Assembly: GCA_013815465.1 (NCBI GenBank)
Contig: JACDGE010000007.1
Coordinates: 3,001-67,000 of the forward strand
Direction of reading: 5' to 3'
Length of the DNA stretch: 64,000 bases
Origin: Alphaproteobacteria bacterium
Lineage (GTDB): Bacteria; Pseudomonadota; Alphaproteobacteria; UBA9655
Of the stretch, positions 53,540 through 64,000 are shown in pieces. The notes below the pieces were generated by a model. It had not been told where the DNA came from. It ran no database searches and saw only the letters and a program-made list of their open reading frames with translations. Position 1 is the stretch's first letter; each line of letters opens with the position of its first letter. The position numbers and the translations under genes were made by a program.

Positions 53540-54160
53540 ATGAAGTATGAAGTTCGTGATTTTGATAATCAAAAGGTAGGAGAAGTTCAGTTGAATGCTG
53601 AAATTTTCTCAATGCCTATTCGTCAAGATATTTTAGCCCGCATGGTTCATTGGCAACTGGCAAAGCGGAGGTCTGGAACCCATGCCACAAAAGGTGTGAG
53701 TCAGATTAGTGGAACGACAAGGAAGCCGTGGAAACAGAAGGGCACCGGTCGGGCGCGGCAAGGAAGTTTGCGGTCTCCTCAGTTTAGAGGAGGAGCCGTT
53801 ATATTTGGACCTCATCCGAGAGATCATGGTTACGACCTTCCCAAAAAGGTACGCAAGTTGGCTTTAAAAACAGCTCTTTCCTCAAAGGCTGCGAGCGGGG
53901 AACTTCTTATTGTTGAAAATTTAAATATGGGTATAACCAAAACAAAAGATCTTTTGAAAAAATTTATGACCCTTGGCTTACGTTCGGCCTTGATTATTGA
54001 TGGAGAAGAGGTTAATAAGGACTTTGCACGTACGGCAGCTAACCTTCCCGGTGTTGACGTTCTTCCACAGCAAGGGATTAACGTCTATGATATCCTTCGT
54101 CATGAACATTTAGTGTTGACAAAAGCGGCCATTCAAAATCTAGAAAGCAGATTAAAATGA
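53540..54160 (+). CDS. rplD: 50S ribosomal protein L4
   Basis: Start taken at ATG 53540, 1 nt after the rplC stop. [29 protein letters not shown]. Confidence 0.95.
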   Translation: MKYEVRDFDNQKVGEVQLNAEIFSMPIRQDILARMVHWQLAKRRSGTHATKGVSQISGTTRKPWKQKGTGRARQGSLRSPQFRGGAVIFGPHPRDHGYDLPKKVRKLALKTALSSKAASGELLIVENLNMGITKTKDLLKKFMTLGLRSALIIDGEEVNKDFARTAANLPGVDVLPQQGINVYDILRHEHLVLTKAAIQNLESRLK

Positions 54161-54480
54161 GTAAAATAGAAGCAAAAAATATACGACTTGGAAGAGAGCG
54201 ACTTTATACTCTTATTAAGTCACCTGTTCTTACTGAGAAATCGAATGCTGGAAGTGCGTTGAACAAGGTTACTCTAAACGTACAGCTAGATGCGAGCAAA
54301 GTTGAAATTAAGAAGGCGGTTGAAGAACTCTTTAAGGTAAAAGTTAAAGCAGTCAATACGCTTAGGGTAAAGGGCAAAATAAAGCGCTTCAAAGGAATTT
54401 TGGGTCAGCGGAATGAGCGGAAAAAAGCGATTGTTACTTTGGAAACAGGCAGCTCAATTGATATTGCGTCAGGATTATAA
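54157..54480 (+). CDS. rplW: 50S ribosomal protein L23
   Basis: 107 aa. [10 protein letters not shown]... and KKAIVTL. Confidence 0.95.
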   Translation: MSKIEAKNIRLGRERLYTLIKSPVLTEKSNAGSALNKVTLNVQLDASKVEIKKAVEELFKVKVKAVNTLRVKGKIKRFKGILGQRNERKKAIVTLETGSSIDIASGL

Positions 54481-54482
54481 AA

Positions 54483-55307
54483 ATGAGTCTAAAACATTAT
54501 AAACCAGTCACTTCATCCCAAAGAGGTCTTATCCTTATAGACCGTAGTGAATTGTGGAAAGGTGACCCTGTAAAGACATTAACCGAAGGGTTAAAGAAAA
54601 CAGGTGGAAGAAACAACCTTGGGCGGATTACCACCCGCCACATTGGTGGACGGCATAAGCGGCGGTATCGTTTAATTGATTTTAAGCGGACAAAGAGAGA
54701 CGTGCCTGCTATCGTTGAAAGATTAGAGTATGACCCGAATAGGACGGCCTTTATTGCTCTCGTTAAGTATACAGATGGTGAGCAATCTTATATTCTTGCT
54801 CCCCAACGATTGGCTGCAGGTGATCAAATCCTATCTTCTGAAAAGGCCGATATTAAGCCTGGTAACGCCATGCCTTTGAAGAGCATGCCTGTTGGTACGA
54901 TTGTTCACAATGTCGAAATGAAGCCTGGTAAAGGTGGGCAGCTTGCGCGCTCTGCAGGGACATATATTCAACTTGTGGGTCGAGATGGTGCTTTTGCAAT
55001 TTTAAAGCTAACATCAGGTGAAGTGCGGAAGGTAAGTGGGGATTGCATGGCAACGGTCGGCGCGCTTTCAAATGCTGATCAAAAAAATATAAACTTAGCA
55101 AAAGCCGGAAGGAATCGCTGGTTAGGGATACGCCCATCAGTGCGCGGAGTTGCTATGAATCCTATTGACCATCCTCATGGTGGTGGAGAAGGCCGAACCT
55201 CTGGTGGACGTCACCCGTGCACTCCTTGGGGCAAGCCTACAAAAGGAAAGAAAACACGTAATCGAAAAAAAGCTTCGAACAGCCTGATTGTTAGGCGTCG
55301 TAAGTAA
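54483..55307 (+). CDS. rplB: 50S ribosomal protein L2
   Basis: 274 aa. [20 protein letters not shown] and [18 protein letters not shown]. Confidence 0.98.
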   Translation: MSLKHYKPVTSSQRGLILIDRSELWKGDPVKTLTEGLKKTGGRNNLGRITTRHIGGRHKRRYRLIDFKRTKRDVPAIVERLEYDPNRTAFIALVKYTDGEQSYILAPQRLAAGDQILSSEKADIKPGNAMPLKSMPVGTIVHNVEMKPGKGGQLARSAGTYIQLVGRDGAFAILKLTSGEVRKVSGDCMATVGALSNADQKNINLAKAGRNRWLGIRPSVRGVAMNPIDHPHGGGEGRTSGGRHPCTPWGKPTKGKKTRNRKKASNSLIVRRRK

Positions 55308-55322
55308 AAAGGAGAAGAGTTA

Positions 55323-55601
55323 GTGGCGCGTTCAGTTTGGAAAGGGCCTTTTGTTGATAGTTATCTTCTAAGTAAGTCAGAAGTTAGCCGTGAATCAGGT
55401 CGTAAAGAAGTCATAAAAACATGGTCTCGAAGGTCAACTATTTTGCCACAATTTGTTGGTTTGACTTTTGGTGTGCACAACGGGCAGAAATTCATTCCTG
55501 TTCTTGTGACAGAAAATATGATTGGTCATAAATTTGGTGAGTTTTCCCCCACCCGAACATATTATGGTCATTCAGCGGATAAAAAGGCGAAGAGAGGATA
55601 A
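55323..55601 (+). CDS. rpsS: 30S ribosomal protein S19
   Basis: 92 aa with a GTG start. [11 protein letters not shown]... and [13 protein letters not shown]. Confidence 0.97.
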   Translation: MARSVWKGPFVDSYLLSKSEVSRESGRKEVIKTWSRRSTILPQFVGLTFGVHNGQKFIPVLVTENMIGHKFGEFSPTRTYYGHSADKKAKRG

Positions 55602-55603
55602 TT

Positions 55604-55984
55604 ATGTCAAAGCCTAAAACTCCTAGACAGCTGCCGGATTACTCAGCAATTGCTAACCTACGCATGTTACGCGTAAGTCCCCGCAAATTGAATCTCGTGG
55701 CACAAATGATCAGAGGAAAAAAAGTTGAAAGAGCTTTAAATGAGCTTGCTTTTTCTCCCAAAAGAATTGCACTTGATGTGAAGAAAACATTAATGTCAGC
55801 CATTGCGAATGCTGAAAATAACCATGGCTTAGATATTGATAAGCTCTATGTTTCAGAAGCGACCGTAGGGAAAGCCCTAGTTATGAAAAGATTGGATGTT
55901 CGCGGGCGAAGTAAATCAGGCCGTATTAAAAAGCCTTTTAGCCACCTTCGAATTATTGTTAGTGAAATTGGAGAAATTGTGTAA
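55604..55984 (+). CDS. rplV: 50S ribosomal protein L22
   Basis: 126 aa. [26 protein letters not shown]. Confidence 0.96.
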   Translation: MSKPKTPRQLPDYSAIANLRMLRVSPRKLNLVAQMIRGKKVERALNELAFSPKRIALDVKKTLMSAIANAENNHGLDIDKLYVSEATVGKALVMKRLDVRGRSKSGRIKKPFSHLRIIVSEIGEIV

Positions 55985-56670
55985 TGGGTCAAAAAGTTAA
56001 TCCGATAGGTCTGCGGCTTGGAATTAACCGGACATGGGATTCCCGTTGGTATGCTCGTCATGACTATTCAACTCTCCTTCACCAAGATTTAAAACTTAGA
56101 AAATATATCAAGGATCGTCTCGCGCAAGCTGGTGTATCTAAGATTGTCATAGAACGACCTGCAAAAAAAGCACTTGTGACAATTCATACAGCACGTCCCG
56201 GAATCGTTATTGGAAAGAAGGGTGCTGATATTGAAAAATTAAAGGCTGAGCTTTCCAAGATCGCTGGAACAGAAATCAGTTTGAATATTTTAGAAATCCG
56301 CAAGCCAGAACTAGATGCAAAACTTGCAGCCGATTCGATAGCCCAACAGCTAGAGCGACGGGTGACCTTTCGCCGGGCAATGAAGCGGGCGATGCAAGCT
56401 GCAATGAAGCTTGGAGCAAAAGGTATCCGTGTTAATGTGAGTGGACGACTGGGTGGTTCGGAAATTGCGCGTATGGAATGGTATAGAGATGGGCAGGTGC
56501 CCTTGCACACTTTCCGCGCAGATATCGATTACGGAGAAGGGGTTGCAAAGACAACCTATGGGACAATTGGGATTAAGGTTTGGATTTATAAGGGCGATAT
56601 CATGGAGCATGACCCCATGGCTCTAGATAAACGAGGCGCCCTTCACACAGTTAATCGTACGACGAATTAA
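55984..56670 (+). CDS. rpsC: 30S ribosomal protein S3
   Basis: 228 aa. [24 protein letters not shown] with KH and S3-C domains. Confidence 0.98.
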   Translation: MGQKVNPIGLRLGINRTWDSRWYARHDYSTLLHQDLKLRKYIKDRLAQAGVSKIVIERPAKKALVTIHTARPGIVIGKKGADIEKLKAELSKIAGTEISLNILEIRKPELDAKLAADSIAQQLERRVTFRRAMKRAMQAAMKLGAKGIRVNVSGRLGGSEIARMEWYRDGQVPLHTFRADIDYGEGVAKTTYGTIGIKVWIYKGDIMEHDPMALDKRGALHTVNRTTN

Positions 56671-56683
56671 GGGATTTTGGCAA

Positions 56684-57106
56684 ATGTTGACACCAAAAAA
56701 AACAAAGTATAGAAAGGCCTTTAAAGGCCGAATCCATGGAAATGCTAAAGGTGGGTTTAGCCTAAACTTCGGGGCTTATGGCCTCAAGGCTATAGCCCCT
56801 GAACGTGTAACAGCACGTCAGATTGAAGCAGCAAGAAGAGCCATTACGAGGCACATCAAGCGTGCAGGGCGTGTATGGATTCGAATTTTCCCTGATGTTC
56901 CTGTCTCAGCTAAACCAGCTGAAGTTCGAATGGGGAGTGGAAAAGGCAGCGTTGAATATTGGGCATGCAGAGTCCATCCGGGACGAATCATGTTTGAGCT
57001 TGATGGCGTGTCAGAAGAATTGGCGAGAGAAGCTTTTGTATTAGCTGCAGCAAAGTTACCATTGGCAACAAAGTTCATCTCCCGCGAGACAAGAGGAATT
57101 AAATAA
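56684..57106 (+). CDS. rplP: 50S ribosomal protein L16
   Basis: 140 aa. [16 protein letters not shown]... and [12 protein letters not shown]. Confidence 0.98.
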   Translation: MLTPKKTKYRKAFKGRIHGNAKGGFSLNFGAYGLKAIAPERVTARQIEAARRAITRHIKRAGRVWIRIFPDVPVSAKPAEVRMGSGKGSVEYWACRVHPGRIMFELDGVSEELAREAFVLAAAKLPLATKFISRETRGIK

Positions 57107-57300
57107 TGAAGTGGCAAGATATGAAGCAATTTGATGAAGCAAGCCTTAAAGCAAAACTCATTGAATTTAGAAAAGAGTTGATGGGACTACGTTTTCAACG
57201 TGTCACTGGTGAAGTTGAGAAAACACATCAATTTAGAATCGCGCGCCGATCCATTGCACGCATTAAAACCTTGTTAACCCAACGTACAAAGACAGTTTAA
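57106..57300 (+). CDS. rpmC: 50S ribosomal protein L29
   Basis: 64 aa. LKAKLIEFRKELMGLRFQ. Confidence 0.93.
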   Translation: MKWQDMKQFDEASLKAKLIEFRKELMGLRFQRVTGEVEKTHQFRIARRSIARIKTLLTQRTKTV

Positions 57301-57309
57301 GGAGTTTAC

Positions 57310-57558
57310 ATGCCCAAGCGTATTTTAAAAGGAACTGTTGTCAGTGCAAAGTGTGATAAGACTATATCCGTTAAGGTAGAACGTCGCGTTAAGCACCCAC
57401 TCTATCATAAGTTCATTCGACGTTCAAAAAAATTTGCGGCCCATGATGAGTTGAATCAATTTAAAGAAGGTGACCAGGTTAGTATTCAAGAGTGCAAGCC
57501 TTTTTCTAAATCGAAAACCTGGGAAGTGATTGTTGAAGCAAATGCTGCGACTGCATAG
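57310..57558 (+). CDS. rpsQ: 30S ribosomal protein S17
   Basis: 82 aa. [39 protein letters not shown]. Confidence 0.96.
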   Translation: MPKRILKGTVVSAKCDKTISVKVERRVKHPLYHKFIRRSKKFAAHDELNQFKEGDQVSIQECKPFSKSKTWEVIVEANAATA

Positions 57559-57729
57559 TTTTTCTCATTAATTAGAGGCATCTCCCAGTTTCAGGGGTTC
57601 GAAATTGTTTAAGAAACCAAAAGATGTTGAAACGAATTTGAGCTATGCTCATAAGTGAATAGACAAAATTATAGAGTTGCTATACAAGTGAGTGATACAG
57701 ATATGTATGAGAAGGAAAGGAAGTAAAAA

Positions 57730-58098
57730 ATGATTCAGATGCAAACCAACCTGAAGGTTGCCGATAATTCTGGTGCCCGTCGGGTGCAGTGCATCAAAGT
57801 TCTGGGTGGTTCAAAACGTAAAACCGCCTCAGTTGGAGATGTTATTGTTGTTTCAGTCAAAGACGCAATCCCAAGAGGTCGCGTTAAGAAAGGCGATGTT
57901 CGTCGTGCTGTAATTGTACGGACCGCAAAAGAAATTCGTCGACCAGATGGTACAGCTATTCGCTTCGATGACAATGCAGCCGTACTCCTCAATCCTCAAG
58001 GTGAGCCTATTGGCACCCGTATTTTTGGTCCAGTCACGCGAGAACTGCGTGGAAAGGATTTTATGAAAATCATTTCTCTTGCGCCGGAGGTTCTTTAA
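57730..58098 (+). CDS. rplN: 50S ribosomal protein L14
   Basis: 122 aa. [28 protein letters not shown]. Confidence 0.98.
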   Translation: MIQMQTNLKVADNSGARRVQCIKVLGGSKRKTASVGDVIVVSVKDAIPRGRVKKGDVRRAVIVRTAKEIRRPDGTAIRFDDNAAVLLNPQGEPIGTRIFGPVTRELRGKDFMKIISLAPEVL

Positions 58099-58421
58099 TG
58101 GCACAGCAATTTAAAATTAAAAAGGGTGACACGGTCTGTGTTATAACCGGAAAGGATAAAGGCAAATCTGGCCAAGTCTTGAAAGTGAATCGTCAAGATA
58201 GTCGCTTGCTTGTCCAAGGCATTAATCTTGTAAAAAAACACCAGAAGCAAACTGTTGCGCAAAGTGGCGGGATTATCCAAAAGGAATCTTCTATTCATAT
58301 TTCAAACGTGGCTCATATGGATCCCACGTCTAAAAAACCAACACGTATTGGGATGAAATTTCTTGAGGATGGTCGAAAGGTCAGAGTATCTAAACGCTCT
58401 GGCGAATCGATAGAAAGTTAG
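58098..58421 (+). CDS. rplX: 50S ribosomal protein L24
   Basis: 107 aa. [25 protein letters not shown] (KOW). Confidence 0.96.
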   Translation: MAQQFKIKKGDTVCVITGKDKGKSGQVLKVNRQDSRLLVQGINLVKKHQKQTVAQSGGIIQKESSIHISNVAHMDPTSKKPTRIGMKFLEDGRKVRVSKRSGESIES

Positions 58422-58431
58422 GGGTAAAAAT

Positions 58432-58977
58432 ATGGCACGATTGAAAGACCATTATCAGAAGGAGCTTAAGCCAGCTCTTATGAAAGAATTGAATTATAAG
58501 AATCCATTTCAAGTCCCACGTATCGAAAAGATCGTCATTAATATGGGCCTGGGGGAAGCTGCGCAAGATAATAGAAAGGCCCAAGTGGCCCTTGATGAAC
58601 TTGCTTTGATTTCTGGTCAAAAGCCAGTGTTGACAAAAGCTAAGAACTCAATCGCGGGTTTTAAGCTTCGTGAGGGAATGAATATTGGAGCAAAGGTAAC
58701 CTTAAGAAGCGTAAGAATGTATGAATTCTTGGATCGTTTGATTAACATAGCTATGCCCCGTATACGAGATTTTAGAGGAATTTCACCAAAAAGTTTTGAT
58801 GGAAGGGGGAATTACTCTTTAGGAATTCGTGAACATATTGTTTTCCCAGAAATCAACTATGATAAGGTTGATCAAATGCGCGGCATGGATATTACGATTG
58901 TAACGACTGCGAACACAGATGCTGAAGCTCTTGCGCTATTAAAGGGTTTTAATTTTCCCTTTATCGTACAGAAATAG
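58432..58977 (+). CDS. rplE: 50S ribosomal protein L5
   Basis: 181 aa. [17 protein letters not shown]... and [30 protein letters not shown]. Confidence 0.98.
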   Translation: MARLKDHYQKELKPALMKELNYKNPFQVPRIEKIVINMGLGEAAQDNRKAQVALDELALISGQKPVLTKAKNSIAGFKLREGMNIGAKVTLRSVRMYEFLDRLINIAMPRIRDFRGISPKSFDGRGNYSLGIREHIVFPEINYDKVDQMRGMDITIVTTANTDAEALALLKGFNFPFIVQK

Positions 58978-58988
58978 GAAGAATATAA

Positions 58989-59294
58989 ATGGCTAAAACA
59001 AGTTCAATAGAAAAAAATCTTCGACGCGAAAGGATGGTGAAGCAATATGCCAACCGCCGGCAGCGTTTGAAAGACGAGGCTAACAACGAGGCGTTGCCAT
59101 CTGAAGAAAGATTTAAAGCACGTTTGAAGCTGGCGGAGCTTCCCAGAAATAGCTCACCAAACCGAGTCAGATCTCGCTGTTTGCTGACGGGGCGGCCACG
59201 TGCAGTTTATCGCAAATTTAAACTTTCAAGAATCGCATTGCGCGAGCTTGCCTCAGCCGGGCTTATACCTGGCATGACGAAATCAAGTTGGTAG
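58989..59294 (+). CDS. rpsN: 30S ribosomal protein S14 (long form)
   Basis: 101 aa. [39 protein letters not shown]. Confidence 0.97.
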   Translation: MAKTSSIEKNLRRERMVKQYANRRQRLKDEANNEALPSEERFKARLKLAELPRNSSPNRVRSRCLLTGRPRAVYRKFKLSRIALRELASAGLIPGMTKSSW

Positions 59295-59304
59295 GAGGAA
59301 CAGA

Positions 59305-59703
59305 ATGTCATTTTCAGATCCGTTAGGCGATATGTTGACCAGAATTCGGAATGGTCAAAAAGCAAGGAAATCGTCTGTTGTATCTCCTGCTTCAAGGCTA
59401 CGTGCAAATGTACTTGAAGTCTTAAAGCAAGAGGGGTACATTAGGGACTATTCAAGCAAAAAAATATCTGAGGGTATTGAGCAGCTTACGATTGAACTTA
59501 AATATTATGAAAATCAACCTGTGATTCGAAACCTCGATCGTGTTTCCAAGCCAGGGCGCCGGGTTTACGCAAAGATTAAAGATCTTAAACCGGTAAATAA
59601 TGGACTAGGAACTATCGTTCTTTCAACTCCAAAAGGGATTCTTTCTGATGGAAAGGCCCGGGAGCTGAATGTTGGTGGTGAGATTCTGTGCAATATATTC
59701 TAA
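59305..59703 (+). CDS. rpsH: 30S ribosomal protein S8
   Basis: 132 aa. SDPLGDMLTRIRNGQKA. Confidence 0.97.
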   Translation: MSFSDPLGDMLTRIRNGQKARKSSVVSPASRLRANVLEVLKQEGYIRDYSSKKISEGIEQLTIELKYYENQPVIRNLDRVSKPGRRVYAKIKDLKPVNNGLGTIVLSTPKGILSDGKARELNVGGEILCNIF

Positions 59704-59719
59704 TTTGAAGGATTAAGAG

Positions 59720-60253
59720 ATGTCACGTGTTGGAAAAAACCCAGTTCTTCTTCCTCAAGGAGTAACCTGTCAAATTGAAGGTCAGGAAGTTAAAGTTAAG
59801 GGAAAAAATGGTGAGCTTGTCGCTCTTGCAAGCAAAGAAGTTGTTCTTACTTTTGAGAATAACTCTATTCTTGTAAGACCACGAGATGAGTCAAAGCAGG
59901 CCCGCATGTTGTGGGGGACCTGGAAGAATCAAATTAAAAACATGGTTACGGGCGTCCATGAAGGATTTACGGTTCGTATGGATATTAACGGTGTGGGATA
60001 TCGTGCAGCGGTTGAAGGATCAACGTTGAAATTACAGCTTGGCTATAGCCATGATGTTTTGTATCCAATTCCTGAAGGGATTATGATTGTTTGCGAGAAG
60101 CCAACAGCAATTGCTGTTTCGGGCGCAAATCGTCAACAAGTTGGACAAGTCGCAGCAGAGATTCGTTCTTATCGTAAGCCTGAACCCTATAAAGGGAAGG
60201 GCATTAAGTATGAGAATGAAAAAATTGTACGTAAAGAGGGTAAGAAGAAATAG
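59720..60253 (+). CDS. rplF: 50S ribosomal protein L6
   Basis: 177 aa. [15 protein letters not shown]... and [14 protein letters not shown]. Confidence 0.97.
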   Translation: MSRVGKNPVLLPQGVTCQIEGQEVKVKGKNGELVALASKEVVLTFENNSILVRPRDESKQARMLWGTWKNQIKNMVTGVHEGFTVRMDINGVGYRAAVEGSTLKLQLGYSHDVLYPIPEGIMIVCEKPTAIAVSGANRQQVGQVAAEIRSYRKPEPYKGKGIKYENEKIVRKEGKKK

Positions 60254-60255
60254 TC

Positions 60256-60618
60256 ATGATTGAATCAAAACAACTTTTTGAGCGACGTAGGCGTCGAGTG
60301 CGCCACAAGCTTGCTCAGGTATCAACAGGACGGCTGAGGCTTTCTATCTTCCGTTCAAAAAACCATATGTATGCACAAATTATTGATGATAATGCGCGTC
60401 AAACCTTAGCGATGGCCTCAACTCTTGACAAAGAATTGAAAGAAAAGCTCAAAGCTACTTCTAATAAGGCCGCTGCTGAAGAGGTAGGAAAATTAGTTGC
60501 AGAGCGTGCTATAAAAGCAGGCGTTAAACAAGTCGTATTTGACCGTGGTGGTTATATCTATCATGGTCGTGTTAAGGCTCTAGCAGATGCAGCACGCACT
60601 GCTGGTCTTTCATTTTGA
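60256..60618 (+). CDS. rplR: 50S ribosomal protein L18
   Basis: 120 aa. [18 protein letters not shown] and [26 protein letters not shown]. Confidence 0.97.
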   Translation: MIESKQLFERRRRRVRHKLAQVSTGRLRLSIFRSKNHMYAQIIDDNARQTLAMASTLDKELKEKLKATSNKAAAEEVGKLVAERAIKAGVKQVVFDRGGYIYHGRVKALADAARTAGLSF

Positions 60619-60630
60619 GGGCATAGGAAA

Positions 60631-61182
60631 ATGGCACGAGACGGAAAAAATAATAGACCTTCACGATCTGATCGCGATGAAGTCGAATTAATCGAAAAAT
60701 TAGTGGCAATTAACCGTGTCGCGAAAGTTGTGAAGGGTGGTAAGCGCTTTGGCTTTTCGGCTATTGTTGTTGTCGGTGATGGAAAAGGCCGCGTTGGTCA
60801 AGGAACAGGCAAAGCACGAGAAGTGCCAGAAGCTATCCAAAAGGCAACAGAGCGGGCCAAGCGATATATGATACGCATCCCTCTCCGTGAAGGAAGAACC
60901 TTGCATCATGATGTAACGGCTTCTCATGGAGCCGGGCTCGTTCATCTGCGCGCAGCCGTTCCAGGAACCGGTATTATCGCGGGTGGACCTATGCGCGCCG
61001 TATTTGAAGCTCTTGGCGTTCAAGATGTGGTGAGTAAATCTATTGGTTCATCAAACCCACACAACATGGTGAGAGCGACTCTACAAGCCCTCCAGGACAT
61101 TAGTTCACCACGTCAGGTGGCAGCCAGACGCGGGAAAAAAGTAGGTGATTTGGTGGGTAGACGAGCCCATGGTGAGGTATAA
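60631..61182 (+). CDS. rpsE: 30S ribosomal protein S5
   Basis: 183 aa. [46 protein letters not shown]. Confidence 0.98.
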   Translation: MARDGKNNRPSRSDRDEVELIEKLVAINRVAKVVKGGKRFGFSAIVVVGDGKGRVGQGTGKAREVPEAIQKATERAKRYMIRIPLREGRTLHHDVTASHGAGLVHLRAAVPGTGIIAGGPMRAVFEALGVQDVVSKSIGSSNPHNMVRATLQALQDISSPRQVAARRGKKVGDLVGRRAHGEV

Positions 61183-61185
61183 AAG

Positions 61186-61383
61186 ATGTCGAAGAATATA
61201 GAAAAAACTGTGATTGTGACGCAAACAAAAAGTCCTATTCGCAGAGAAGCGAAGCAAAGAGCGACTTTATGTGGTCTCGGCTTGAATAAGATTGGTCGCA
61301 CACGTGAGCTTGAAGATACGCCTTCCGTTCGTGGGATGATTGAAAAAGTCAGGCATATGGTTAAAATTGAAGAAAGAGCGTAA
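61186..61383 (+). CDS. rpmD: 50S ribosomal protein L30
   Basis: 65 aa. [27 protein letters not shown]. Confidence 0.93.
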   Translation: MSKNIEKTVIVTQTKSPIRREAKQRATLCGLGLNKIGRTRELEDTPSVRGMIEKVRHMVKIEERA

Positions 61384-61408
61384 GCTTTTTTCAACATGTA
61401 GGAAACAA

Positions 61409-61891
61409 ATGATGAAGTTAAATGAGATAAAAGACAACCCTGGTGCCCGTCGAGCAAAAATGCGTATTAGTCGAGGTATTGGCTCGGGTAAAGGAAAAAC
61501 TGGTGGTCGCGGTGGAAAGGGACAAACTGCGCGCACTGGCGTTGCCATTAATGGATTTGAGGGCGGCCAAATGCCCTTATACAGACGTTTACCAAAGCGC
61601 GGATTTACAAATATTTTTGCAAAAAAGTTTGCAGAACTTAATTTGGGTCGCCTTCAAGCAGCCATTGAGAACGGTAAATTTGATCTTCAAAAGGTAATTG
61701 ATGGAGAAGCGCTGGTGAAAGCCGGTCTTATCAGAAGGAAATGGGACGGTATTCGCCTTTTAGGAAAAGGTGAAATTAAAACTAAGATTTCTCTTGAAGT
61801 AGCAGGCGCCTCCAAGGCAGCAATTGATGCTGTACAAAAGGCAGGGGGATCTGTAAAAATTACGGCTCCTCAACCTCTCGCAACAGACTAG
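61409..61891 (+). CDS. rplO: 50S ribosomal protein L15
   Basis: Start taken at ATGATG 61409/61412 after [44 protein letters not shown]. Confidence 0.95.
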   Translation: MMKLNEIKDNPGARRAKMRISRGIGSGKGKTGGRGGKGQTARTGVAINGFEGGQMPLYRRLPKRGFTNIFAKKFAELNLGRLQAAIENGKFDLQKVIDGEALVKAGLIRRKWDGIRLLGKGEIKTKISLEVAGASKAAIDAVQKAGGSVKITAPQPLATD

Positions 61892-61910
61892 TAACAATCG
61901 AAGGACTATC

Positions 61911-63254
61911 ATGGCATCAGCCGCAGAACAACTTGCAGCAAACATAAACTTTAAAGCTTTTTCTAAGGCAGAAGACCTTAAAAAAAGAATATGGTTTACC
62001 ATAGGCGTGCTTATTGTCTATCGCTTAGGCACCTACATTCCTTTGCCAGGGATTAACACTGCCGTAATGGCAGAGTTTGCACATTCTCATGGCGGCGGGA
62101 TTTTTGGTATGGTGGATATGTTCTCTGGTGGAGCCTTGAGCCGTATGTCTATTATGGCTCTTAACATTATGCCCTATATCTCTGCGAGTATTATTGTCCA
62201 ACTTATGACGGCCATCGCTCCTCAGTTTGAAGCTTTAAAAAAGGAAGGAGAATCAGGCCGTCGGAAACTTAACCAATATACCCGTTATTTAACCGTATTG
62301 ATTGCCGTTCTTCAGTCTTATGGTGTGGCGGTCGGATTAGAATCTATGCAAGAAGCAGCTGGATCGGCTGTCATGGATCCCGGCCTTTTCTTTAGATTCT
62401 CGACTGTGATTACGATTGTCGGATCGACTCTCTTTTTGATGTGGCTTGGAGAGCAAATTACAAGCCGTGGTATCGGTAACGGTATTTCACTTGTTATTTT
62501 TGCAGGGATTGTAGCTAATCTTCCCTCATCAATTATCAATGCTTTGGAATTGGGAAGAACGGGGGCATTATCATATGTCTTTATCCTTTTCATTTTGATT
62601 TTTTCTGTAGCTATGATTGCTTTCATTGTTTTTATGGAGCGGGCCCAGCGCCGCATTTTTATTCAATACCCCAAGCGACAAGTTGGAAACAAAATGTTTG
62701 GAGGTGAAAGCTCTCACCTACCAATTAAGCTGAATAGCACCGGTGTAATCCCACCAATCTTTGCCAGCTCACTTCTATTGTTGCCCATCTCCATTGCTCA
62801 ACTTTCAGGGGGGCAAGGTCCTGAATGGGTGCAATGGATTCTCTCTGGTTTTCATCATGGGGGCATTCCTTATATAATACTTTATCTGTTTTTAATCGTA
62901 TTTTTTGCCTTCTTCTATACGTCCATTGTGTTTAACCCGCAGGAAACAGCGGAAAATTTAAAGAAAAATGGCGGGTTTATACCAGGTGTCAGGCCGGGCA
63001 AGAATACGGCCGACCATTTAGATAAAGTGGTGACAAGATTAACAGTTATGGGGGCAGCCTACTTAGCCTTTGTTTGCGCAGTTCCTGAACTATTTCAAAC
63101 AGCTTATGCATTACCCTTTTATTTAGGGGGAACTACCTTTTTGATCGCCGTCAGTGTTCCGATGGATACGGTTGCTCAAATTCATTCGCACCTCCTTGCC
63201 CATCAATATGAAGGGCTTCTTAAAAATACCCGTTTAGGGAGAAGTCGGAAATGA
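61911..63254 (+). CDS. secY: Preprotein translocase subunit SecY
   Basis: 447 aa, 10-TM pattern. LGTYIPLPGIN, ALNIMPYISASIIVQLM and WLGEQITSRGIGNGISL. Confidence 0.98.
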   Translation: MASAAEQLAANINFKAFSKAEDLKKRIWFTIGVLIVYRLGTYIPLPGINTAVMAEFAHSHGGGIFGMVDMFSGGALSRMSIMALNIMPYISASIIVQLMTAIAPQFEALKKEGESGRRKLNQYTRYLTVLIAVLQSYGVAVGLESMQEAAGSAVMDPGLFFRFSTVITIVGSTLFLMWLGEQITSRGIGNGISLVIFAGIVANLPSSIINALELGRTGALSYVFILFILIFSVAMIAFIVFMERAQRRIFIQYPKRQVGNKMFGGESSHLPIKLNSTGVIPPIFASSLLLLPISIAQLSGGQGPEWVQWILSGFHHGGIPYIILYLFLIVFFAFFYTSIVFNPQETAENLKKNGGFIPGVRPGKNTADHLDKVVTRLTVMGAAYLAFVCAVPELFQTAYALPFYLGGTTFLIAVSVPMDTVAQIHSHLLAHQYEGLLKNTRLGRSRK

Positions 63255-63940
63255 ACATTGTTCTTTTAGGACCTCCAGGCGCGGGTAAAGGAACTCAAGC
63301 CCGGAAGCTTCAAGGCTCTCATCAATTCGATATTATCTCTACGGGAGATATCTTAAGAGAGGAAATAAAAAACGGAAGTCCCATTGGACTTCAAGTAAAA
63401 AAAACGATGGAAGCTGGGCTTTATCCTTCTGATGAACCGATTATTCAAGTTTTTGAAAACCGTTTAAAGCAAATAAAAGAAAAAAATCTTGTCCTCGATG
63501 GGATACCACGGACCTTGAATCAAGCTCAAAAGGTTGATGAAGTCTTTGAGAGATTAGGAACATGTCTAGATATTGTTATACAAATTTCCGTCGATGATAA
63601 AGAACTTATCCAGCGTCTTTCAAATCGTGTTATTTGTAAAACGTGTAGTGCTCCTTACACCGCGGAATTATCACCTCTTGTGTCTGGGGTTTGTGATAAA
63701 TGTAACGGGACCGAGTTCATTCGCCGTCCTGATGATGAACCAGAGGCTATAAAAACGCGTTTAAATGTTTATAATGAGCAAACAAAACCCCTTCTGCAAT
63801 ACTATTCCCAGACGAATCGCTTAAGAGTCGTGGATGGTATGCAGTCCGTTAAAGAAGTGACGAAACAAATTGAATCTCTTGTGGGTGATATACCCCAAGG
63901 GCTGCAAGATGTGTCCTCGAGAAATCGGGAAAGAGGTTAG
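63251..63940 (+). CDS. adk: Adenylate kinase (long form with Cys4 lid)
   Basis: 229 aa. GPPGAGKGTQA P-loop and lid CKTCSAPY...CDKCNG. ATGA overlap with secY. Confidence 0.95.
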   Translation: MNIVLLGPPGAGKGTQARKLQGSHQFDIISTGDILREEIKNGSPIGLQVKKTMEAGLYPSDEPIIQVFENRLKQIKEKNLVLDGIPRTLNQAQKVDEVFERLGTCLDIVIQISVDDKELIQRLSNRVICKTCSAPYTAELSPLVSGVCDKCNGTEFIRRPDDEPEAIKTRLNVYNEQTKPLLQYYSQTNRLRVVDGMQSVKEVTKQIESLVGDIPQGLQDVSSRNRERG

Positions 63941-64000
63941 GCACCCGTAAACTAAGGTGCCGAAATCTGCCCCCGCTGGGGTGGGAAAAGAAATGCCGCT

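Noticed and set aside
63993-64000. ATG at the window end as the start of rpsM
   Set aside because: Only 8 nt are visible. The position after adk is plausible for rpsM, but nothing can be verified.

Overview
Alphaproteobacterial-type chromosome segment. The lineage call is an inference from a ChpT-like phosphotransferase, a split F0 operon atpI-B-E-F'-F with both b' and b subunits, and the gene order. The backbone is housekeeping: RND efflux pair, yfgM-like/bamB, yggT-folD-comF, thiolase, gap-tkt, secA, a BI-1 family protein, the F0 ATP synthase operon, lolCD, tRNA-Tyr/tRNA-Gly-tuf-tRNA-Trp, secE-nusG-rplKAJL-rpoBC, rpsL-rpsG-fusA-tuf, and the S10/spc cluster through secY-adk. No rRNA and no CRISPR array were seen. 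Seven accessory layers interrupt this backbone. (1) Four genes scattered between housekeeping genes encode proteins with near-identical Sec-type leaders and an F-box-like motif, which is eukaryote-like. (2) One of these genes lies in a 1110-bp non-autonomous transposable element with about 170-bp terminal inverted repeats derived from an IS4-like 5' end, flanked by a perfect 9-bp target duplication. (3) A roughly 4.6-kb degraded island splits the normally contiguous tuf-tRNA-Trp-secE junction and ends in a tRNA-Trp-like 3' fragment. (4) A periplasmic AmiD/AmpD-type peptidoglycan amidase gene sits between rpoB and rpoC. (5) A six-copy, largely TA-flanked MITE-like family has mosaic internal modules. 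One copy supplies the last 41 codons of the RND adaptor gene, and two copies sit in the rplJ leader and the rplJ-rplL spacer. (6) There are further palindromic intergenic repeats, a decayed IS1595-type transposase, and an orphan tyrosine recombinase. (7) comF is broken by a 1-nt change in an A8 run. The overall picture fits a host-associated, possibly amoeba or protist intracellular, alphaproteobacterium, but that is inference only.
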